This document shows positions 55,290 through 64,000 of a stretch of 64,000 nt of DNA, one piece after another (the stretch's first letter is position 1; the number at the start of each line of letters is the position of its first letter). The translations under genes were made by a program, and so were the position numbers. Origin of the DNA: Octopus vulgaris (taxonomy: Eukaryota); contig OX597823.1 in the NCBI GenBank assembly GCA_951406725.2, positions 21,328,001 through 21,392,000 on the forward strand. The letters are read 5' to 3'. The notes beneath the pieces are model-generated. The model searched no databases and was not told the DNA's origin. It saw only the letters and a list, made by a program, of their open reading frames with translations.

Positions 55290-56166
55290 CAGGGTGCGAT
55301 AGGTAAATTATCGCCATTTAATATTTTAATTTAGCGCATGCGCATAGGTTGTTTTGATTTGATTTTGTCGACTACACAGTATAGTAGGTTCAGTTTGGCA
55401 CCGTCTGTGAGAAAAACAGCACCATGAAGCGATTCAGTCTTCTAGAAATTTGGAAACGATATGCCGTACTGCTTGGCATTCGCGCTGGAAGCTCCAATAC
55501 GAACATTTCAGAGTGTTTGAGTGTCAATCTGAGGACAGTACAATCTGAAGACATGTACCGAGAGTGATAAAAAATCAAACATCCAGTCTGCATTATGGTG
55601 TTTGGAGTGATCACTAGTGATGGCGATGTTATGCCTCCATTCATCTTCCCACACGGCCTCAGACTCAACACAGAGGCCTACATCAAGTGCCTGGAGGAGG
55701 TAGTGCTGCCTTGGATCAAGAGGGTGGCGGCTCGGAGGCCCTATATCTGCACCATGCCACACAAGCAGGAGAAGCCAGTCATGGCTGTCAGTCAACTTCT
55801 ATGACCACATCACCCCTAACATCTGGCCACCTAACTTCTCAGACGGCAATCTCCTTGATTATTATGTGTGAGGCACAGTTGAGTGAGACAAACAAAACTC
55901 TTTGTAACACCAAAGATGAACTGAAAGCAAGGATTATGGCAGCATTCGCCAACTTAAACAAAGAGGCCGTCTAGAAGAGTTGCAGAAGATTCCGAAGTCG
56001 TCTGGAGGCCGTGATTGAAGCCAATGGTGATTTTATTGAACAAACTCACTTTGTAGTATCTCAAAATATTTTTATGAAATTTTGGTAAATATATTTGTTA
56101 AAATGGGATGTCAGTGTGATTTTCATTTTTGCGTAATGTAGACGACAATATGTTCATCGCACCCTG
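55290..56166 (+). mobile_element. Internally deleted Tc1/mariner transposon (maT/DD37D-like), pseudogenised
   Basis: TIRs CAGGGTGCGAT / ATCGCACCCTG, TA on the left; MVFGVITSDGDVMPPFIF..VVLPWIKRV..SAPCH..WPPN.SD.N.LDYYV..FRSRLEAVIEANGDFIE. Confidence 0.85.
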
Positions 56167-56204
56167 TTTAAATACCTTTCTACACCATTATATATGCATA
56201 GAGT

Positions 56205-56548
56205 AAAGGTTAGAGGCCCCTTCGGTCACGAATGACCATGGTATTGCACCTAGTAAGTTCCCCTCCGATGCACAAATCCGGGCAAGGCTGTTTGTGGAAG
56301 AACCAGCAGTCACCCATGCATACCAGCCTCCCCTCTGCATGCCATCCGTGTTATCCACGGAAAAGGCAAGTTCAGATACAGCTTGGTACCAGTGACATCA
56401 CAACTAATTTCTATAGCTGAGTGAACTGGAGCAACGTTAAATAAAGTGTCTTGTTTAACAACACAACGGACAGACCGGTCCGGAAATCGAATTCACTACC
56501 TCATCATTGTGAGACCGACGCCCTAACCACTGAAACATACGCCTTCAC
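56205..56548 (-). mobile_element. SINE family E
   Basis: Homolog of 33440-33743; tRNA-like head at 56480-56548. Confidence 0.7.
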
Positions 56549-57072
56549 ATAGTGACACTAGCAGACAGATAAAATAGAATTAATCACAGTGTAGACAGAG
56601 CGGGCGGTGAACTAGAAATTACTAAATTACTATACTTTCGATTACTTCCGAAATACCATCAAAGAGTGGTACTTACAGATTACATTAGTAATGAGGATAT
56701 CACCATAGATGTATGACGACTGCAAGACATCATCATTGGCTAGGTGTGATCTGTCAGAGACTGTTTCTATGAATGCTACTAAATTACGGTGTTTCATAAA
56801 CCTAATAGCTCAAAATAATGTTCGCAATAATCACATTTGATTATCATAGCGTCATCAAGGCATCCTAATTAACTTTTTACTCTTACACGCTATTTTCCAG
56901 TGGTCAGGAGGAAAAAAATCATTATTCTATGTCATTAATGATGCGGATGCAAACATGGCTGTGCGGTAAAAAAGAAGTTGCTCAAATAATGATTTCAGGT
57001 TCGATCTCACTGAGAGTCATCTACTTCCGTGAAAACCGAAGCGATGTGTGGAATATATATACACACACACAC

Positions 57073-57110
<38 letters not shown>

Positions 57111-57118
<8 letters not shown>

Positions 57119-57233
57119 GAAGGAGCTTCTACAGGACTAGTACTGTTTCATTCAAGAGAAATCTTCAGGAAGCTTCCTGAAGATTTCTCTTGAATGAAAC
57201 AGTACTAGTCCTGTAGAACTCCTTCTATATAAT
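57111..57233. repeat. Near-perfect spacerless palindrome (~62-bp arms) containing a hammerhead-like motif on each strand
   Basis: Centre AAGCTT (57170-57175); arms differ by one indel; CTGAAGA-tTTCtcttGAAt-GAAA-CagtactaG-TC. Confidence 0.9.
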
Positions 57234-57566
57234 AAATTAATTTTACTCTGCTATGTATTGAGTACCTTACTTACTGTGGTTAACCCCGAATCAACCCGGG
57301 ACCTACATATATATATATATATATATATATATAAATGGAATAATATCAGTGATATCTTCGAAACGTGTGTCGGAAGTAAAAGTATTTGAATTATACCTGC
57401 GTTAAACTCCATTTATTTATTTATATATTATACAAAAAATTCCACGTAAACCCGAAGATTCTACCTTTAAAAACAAGGAGTTACAACCTCTTTACTTGTG
57501 TGATTTTTTGCTACCCTGGTAACTATTTATCTATTGTTTCTGTATTAATTGTTAACAAGGGAAAAA

Positions 57567-58205
57567 CAAGCGATGGTGGGGAACAAACACAGACACATAA
57601 ATATATATTATATATATATATACGACGGGCTTCTTTCAGTTTCCGTCTACGAAATCCACTCACAAAGCTTTAGTCGGCCTGAGGCTACAGTAGATGACAC
57701 TTGCTCAAAATGTCCCGCAGTGGGACTCAACCCGGAACCATGGACTTGAGAACCAAGCTTCTTACCACACACCCACGCTTGCTCCTATTTTATATATATA
57801 TATATATATATTCTTTTACTTGTTACAGTAATTTTTTACTGCAGCCATACTGGAGCACCGCTTTAAAAGGGTTTTAGTCGAAGCAATCGACCCCAAGACT
57901 TGCTCTTTGTAACCGGAGTACTTATTTATCGGTATCTTTTGCCGAAGTGCTAAGTTACGGGGACGTAAAAACACCAGTATCGGTTACCAAGCGATGGTGG
58001 GAGGGACAAACACAGACACAAAGACACACACACACACACACACAAAGATACATATACATGTACGACGGTTTTCTTTCAGTTTACAAAATTCACTTACAGG
58101 ACTTTGGTCGGCTCGAGGCTGTAGTAGAAGAACCTTGCCCAAGGCACCACACAGTGGGAATGAACGCGGAATTGTGTGGTTGTGAAGCAAGCTTCTTACC
58201 ACATC
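57567..58205 (-). mobile_element. Two SINE family A copies (57567-57787 partial; 57811-58205)
   Basis: Reverse-complement matches to family A. Confidence 0.8.
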
Positions 58206-58220
58206 CATACATACATACAT

Positions 58221-58478
58221 AAAGTTCCTTGCTTTGGGCAAAAGAAAATACTGGAGTGTGTATATGTGTGTGTGCGTGTCTGGGCTTGGATGAAAGTCAA
58301 TACAAGAGGATCGGTTAATTATTATTTTATTCAACATATTCCCCTCTCAGGTTCACACACTTATTGCAGCGGTCCTTCAGTTTTTCTAAGCTTCTGTAAA
58401 AGAACTCGGAATTTTGGGCCTCCGACCAAGCATTTCGCGATATCCTTAAAGCCAGAAACTATTCAGCATCCCGTCGTA
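58221..58478 (-). mobile_element. Non-autonomous mariner remnant
   Basis: Minus FFYRSLEKLKDRCNKCVNLRGEYVE* resembles the mariner transposase C-terminus; partial TIRs AAAGTTCCTTGCTTT / AAAGCCAGAAACTAT...CGTA. Confidence 0.65.
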
Positions 58479-58534
58479 TATAAATAAGCACACGTACGCG
58501 AGCACATAGGCGTTAACACGCATAGAGACACACA

Positions 58535-58586
<52 letters not shown>

Positions 58587-59205
58587 ACGTATATGTTTGT
58601 GGCGATGTGGCCGGGTCCATGTGCATTTTTTGTTTTTTCTTGTTTTTTTTCAGAGGAAGGCAATAAATAGATAATGCGCATGGAGGATTATTACACCACG
58701 TTACCCTGGCAATCCATTTATTTCATCGCTCGCCTTAACAGCGAAAAAATGCTTTACCTTTATCAGGTAACTGTGAACCCGTCGGTTATACCAGGCAGAA
58801 AGAAATAGCAAATTATATGGCCATGCTATTCGTTAACATCTTGACGGTACTGTACCATGGTGTTTGACAATGGAGTTAATATTACTATTTAAATAGTTGT
58901 GCAGGTTGACGGCAAAATTAAAATAGAATTTCGTCGACCGTTTGTCAGGATTATGTTATGGTATCGAGTTTGGAAGTTTTATATTTTACTTTCTGCTACA
59001 ATTAGCAAGCTTAAGGTCCGTGTAATTAATTGGAGCCATATCAGTGAGATAATTGAGATAAATTACAAATATGAGATTAATTTTAATTATATCCTGATAT
59101 CCTGTGAGAAACTTTCAACATGTAACAAACAGGTTAGAAAATATAAGCAATGTATATCAGACGCACACACATACATACTTATATACATATATATATGTGT
59201 GTGTG

Positions 59206-59289
<84 letters not shown>

Positions 59290-59295
59290 AGTATG

Positions 59296-59546
59296 CTTTT
59301 ACTCTTTTAGTCTTTTATTTGTTTCAGTCATTTGAATGCAGTCATACCGACTTTAGTCGAACAAATCGACCACAAGACTTATTCTTTATACGCCTAGTAC
59401 ATATTACATCAGTCTCCTTTGCCGAACCGCTAGAATATATATGGGGACGTAAACACACTAGCATCGGTTGTCAAGCGACGGTGGTGGGACAAACACAGAC
59501 GCGTAAACATTTACACACACTCACACACACACGCACACACACACAC

Positions 59547-59582
<36 letters not shown>

Positions 59583-59713
59583 GACTGGCTTCTTCCAGTT
59601 TCCGTCTACCAAATCCACTCAAAAGGCTTTCGTCGGCCCGAGGCTATAGCAGATGACACTTACCAAAGGTGCCACGCAGTGGTACTACTTACCACACAGC
59701 CACTCCTGCGCCT
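59296..59713 (-). mobile_element. SINE family A
   Basis: Reverse-complement match; head CCACTCCTGCGCCT. Confidence 0.85.
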
Positions 59714-59723
59714 ACAGCCATAC

Positions 59724-59788
<65 letters not shown>

Positions 59789-60292
59789 AAGGTCTCTCCC
59801 CTCGAAGACGGCCTATGGATGCTCAGCTTTTGCCGAACGACCTGCACAAATGATTTGTTCATACCGATCAAATGTATGTACTGTATATTAGATCACTCCC
59901 TCACAAGTCGAAGTGATTTCAGAACAATGTTTGAATGAAGCGTTCTGCTCAAAAACACAACCCACCACTCGGTCTAGGAATTGAAACCACAATCCCATGA
60001 TTGTGTGTGCAGCACCCTAACCACTAGGGGTGCATGTGTGTCTTTGATTAGTGCTTGTTCCTGATCACCTCTTGACAACCGGTGTTGGTGTGTTCACATC
60101 ACTGTAACTTAGCGCTTCGGCAAAGGGACCCATAGAAGAAGCACCAGGCCTAAAATGACAAACATAAGTATTGGGGTCGATTCATTCGACTAAAAGTTCC
60201 TCAAAGCTGTGCTCCAGCAAGGTCGCCATCAACTGTTTCAAACAAGTAAGGGATAATAGATACATTTCTTTTTTTTCCCAGAATTAACTTTA

Positions 60293-60953
60293 GTCGACAA
60301 GATGGTACTTGATCGAAGAGATGGTAACCTGGTCAACAAAATTGTACTTGATCGACAAGATGGTACTCTGTCAATAAAATGGAACTCGGTCGATAAGATG
60401 GTACTTTACCGACAAGATGGTACTTGAACGAAAATATGGTACTTGATCGAAAAGATGGTACCTGGTCGAAAAATGGTACTTGGTCTAAAAGATGGTACTC
60501 CATCGACAAAATAGAACTCGGTCGACAAGATGGTACTTGGTCGCAAGACGGTACTTGGTCCAAAAGATGGTACTTGATCGAAAAAATGGTACTTGGTCGA
60601 TAAGATGATACTTGGTTGACAAGATGGTACTTGGTGGAAAAGATGGTACTTTATCGAAAAGATGGTACCAGGTTAACAAAATGCTACTTGCTCGATAAAA
60701 CAGTACTCGGTCGACAAGAGGGTACTTATTTGACAAAATGTTACATGGTCGACAAAATTCTACTTGGTCAGCAAAACAGTACTTTGTCGACAAATTGGTA
60801 CTTAGTCGACAAAATAGTACTCGGTCGACAAGACGGTACTTATTTGACAAAATGGCACTTGGTCGACAAGTGGTATTTGTTCGACAAAATTTTACTTGGT
60901 CAGCAAAACAGTACTTTGTTGACAAAATGGTAATTGGTCGACAAGATAGTACT
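60293..60953. repeat. ~20-bp unit minisatellite (consensus about GTCGACAAGATGGTACTTG), roughly 33 diverged units
   Basis: Periodic GTCGAC/GTAC motifs at 19-21 bp spacing, no unique spacers. Confidence 0.9.
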
Positions 60954-61179
60954 CGTAAAAATGAAATTAAATTGAATTTAAATCTCACAACTCCCAAAGT
61001 CGGACAACATAAAACATTCTTTGTATTTTGCCACGAAAATCCCTCCACTTGACAAAGAAATCAGTGGGGCCTCATCGTCGATTTGATGGCATGAAGAATG
61101 GAGACATGTGCATTTTCACAGGCTTTGCTTAAAAGCGGGGGAAGATATCGATCACTCAACATATGATAAGGACTAAAGC

Positions 61180-61385
61180 AGCGAGTTGGCAGAGTCATCA
61201 GCCCACCGGACAAAATGCTTAGCGGCGTTTCACCTGTACTGGTTTCAAATTCCACCGAGGTTAACTTTCCCTTTTATCCTTTTCGGGTCGATAAATTAAG
61301 TATCAGTTGCACACTGGAGTCGATGTAATCGACTTACCCCCTTCCCTTGAAATTGCTGGCCTTGTGTCAAAACTTGAAACCATTA
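61180..61385 (+). mobile_element. SINE family B
   Basis: GCGAGTTGGCAGA head, GGTTTCAAATTCC, GGGTCGATAAATTAAGTA core. Confidence 0.75.
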
Positions 61386-61917
61386 TGGAAAAATGAAAAA
61401 TGAAGATGACCACGACAAGAATTGAATTCAGAACGCATAGGAACATAAGTAAACACTACACAACAATTTTTGTCTGGTGCTCTACCAATTTTGGTATCGC
61501 CACTACCACAACATACTTTCTTTGACAGTTTACTTGTATATAAATAAATTTGGTTAAGGTGCAATACTGGGGTTAAGTCCCCTTGCATAGATTTGGAGAC
61601 GGTCGTTGATTCTTCAGGCCTTGCTGTTAGACTTCGGTTCACGTGAAGTAATTTTGGTTACAAACACGTATTGTGCTGCTACCTGCCCCGATACAGATTT
61701 CATCACACGCAGATAATCATCATCCGTTGAGGGTATATGGACATAACAAAGTTACTATGGCAATTTCAACGGACCATGCCACCGTTGTAGATCGCTTCCT
61801 TATCATCAGCATCATAATCATCGTTAAAATTTTCATCATCGTTGTCGACGTTGTCGTCATCATCACCTTCATCATTATCATTATCATGACAATCATCACC
61901 ACCACCATCACCCCCAC

Positions 61918-61975
<58 letters not shown>

Positions 61976-62234
61976 GTCATCATCATTCTGTTCCTTCTCT
62001 TCGTCTTCCGAATTATCATTATCAATATCGATATTATCATTATCATTTATCATCAACCCTCCAAACCCACCCCCTGCACGCAATATCAACAATTCAATTA
62101 GCTTCCATACCATTGTTACTTTGGAAACTTGGCAATCCCGATGAGAGTAGCACAAACTGTCCTTCAGTAAGATTCAGTTAAGCTTTTGTCTCTGGAATGT
62201 TTTCGCTCCCTTGTATAAACACACACGAACACAC

Positions 62235-62309
<75 letters not shown>

Positions 62310-62367
62310 CGTGTGTGCGTGTGTATTTGTGCATACAAGCATACACGCACTTGTGTTTGTATATACA

Positions 62368-62413
<46 letters not shown>

Positions 62414-62469
62414 GTGTGTCACACACACACACACATATATACATATATATATACGTTTGTGTGTGTGTG

Positions 62470-62528
<59 letters not shown>

Positions 62529-62557
62529 CGTGTGTGTGTGTCATATATACACATATG

Positions 62558-62596
<39 letters not shown>

Positions 62597-63679
62597 CATA
62601 TACACACATACATATACATATACTTATACGAATGTATGAATAAATATGTGTGTAAATATATTCATGTGTAGATACGAGTGTATACGTATGTTAGTGTGAG
62701 CACGCATGTGTGCACGTGGGGATTTGCCTGTGTATACATATATTATGATGTATATGATGTAAAGTTCCCATAGCAACACCCTTCTCTTCTGTCATATAAT
62801 GAAATTAAGGTTATTAGTAAGCTAAGAGATAGAGATAGATAAACAGAGAGTGAGTGAGAGTGAGAGTGAGAGTGAGAGAGATAGAGTGGGAGATAGAACA
62901 AGAGAGGGAGATAAGGAGATAGAATCAACGATGGATAGATACAAAACAAAGGAAAACAAAAACTAGGAAGGAAAAAGAATATTGTACGAGAAAAAATGAA
63001 GCGAACCAGTTATGACAATAACGAAGCAAAAAACAAAACTAGAAGATATGCGAGACGAAAACATCGGTTGTAGAAGTTATCTGCCATAACAGTTAAAAAT
63101 ACCTGTACAGTGTTTGTTATCGTTATGGATTTCGTATTTACCAAAGAATATTAGAACAGGAATCTAGGTTGGGAAGAAATACACTACAGACCACCGTAGT
63201 TAAGAAGTTCGATTTGCAACCACGCGGTTTCGGATTCAGTTTCATTTCGTTGCATTCTAATATTGAGTATGTATTTTCTGAATTAATTGCGTTTTGACCA
63301 AAGTATTCTGAATGAAATTTAGCCAATGGAAACTGTTTGGAAGCCTCTCAAAGGAACCACTTTAGTTTTCTTCTTTTTAATGAACGATTCATCTGTCGCC
63401 CAGAGTAAAACCTATAAACCATAACCTAGACCCGTATGCTTGCCTTTAAAGACGTCCACTTGATTGCAAGCACTCGGGGTCATGTCTTCTGTCTTGGGAT
63501 TACTTGACCACTTCCTGGCGTCAGTCACAGAGGCCTTGAAAAGGGGTTTTCTTCCTATAAAATATGTAAAAGCTAAGAAAGAAAATATATTGTGAAGAAA
63601 AGAAAAATATAAAGTGACCTTCGGCAACGTAGGAAAGAAACACTAGCTTTTGATTTAGGTAAAGAGACACTAGCTTTTG

Positions 63680-63870
63680 ATTTAGGTACAAAGCCAGCAA
63701 CTTTGGAGTGACGGTTGTTAGTCTATACTATCGACTCCAGTACTAGACTGGTACATTTTATCCAACCTAGAAGGATGAAAGGCAAATGTCACTTTGACGA
63801 GAATTGAACTCTGCTTATAAAGAACCGGAACAAATATCACTCTAACGACTCTGGTAGCATACCAGCCTTG
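63680..63870 (-). mobile_element. Degenerate SINE family B
   Basis: GAAGGATGAAAGGCAAA and ATCGACTCCAGT...CTGGTAC. Confidence 0.6.
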
Positions 63871-64000
63871 GGAGAGATATAATGAATCCTAATAATTCGG
63901 TCACTCCCATATTCCGTATGGGAAGTAAATAGAAAATAAAACGATAAACGAAAGGAAAAAGCGGTAGAAAATAGAGGATGCAAAATTTGGAAAGTGCAAA

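Noticed and set aside
58899-59789. 296-aa + strand ORF
   Set aside because: Composed of microsatellites and antisense SINE A
60293-60953. Possible CRISPR array or repeat-protein ORFs (60485-61048 etc.)
   Set aside because: Units are contiguous and diverged with no unique spacers, there are no cas genes, the context is eukaryotic, and the ORFs simply translate the repeat

Overview
AT-rich, repeat-saturated eukaryotic DNA; the SINE and microsatellite repertoire suggests an octopus (inference). Nearly all ORFs in the track are microsatellite or SINE artefacts. The one convincing host coding segment is a + strand first coding exon (22055-22379, ending CAG|GTAAGT). It encodes a divergent ParB/Srx-like domain and has weak candidate downstream exons. 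The rest is transposon debris: several tRNA-derived SINE families, a (TAA)n-associated non-coding element, R4/Dong-type RLE, RTE, CR1, Tx1/L1-like and Penelope-like fragments, non-autonomous Helitrons (one nested in its own family) and Tc1/mariner and pogo-type DNA elements. The most notable unannotated signal is a set of type I hammerhead ribozyme motifs. One looks intact (36687-36786) and one near-intact (49318-49371), one family has a variant core, and two long palindromes are centred on hammerhead motifs. Several local templated duplications and inversions are also visible. Family assignments are from motif recognition only; coordinates of degenerate repeats are approximate.
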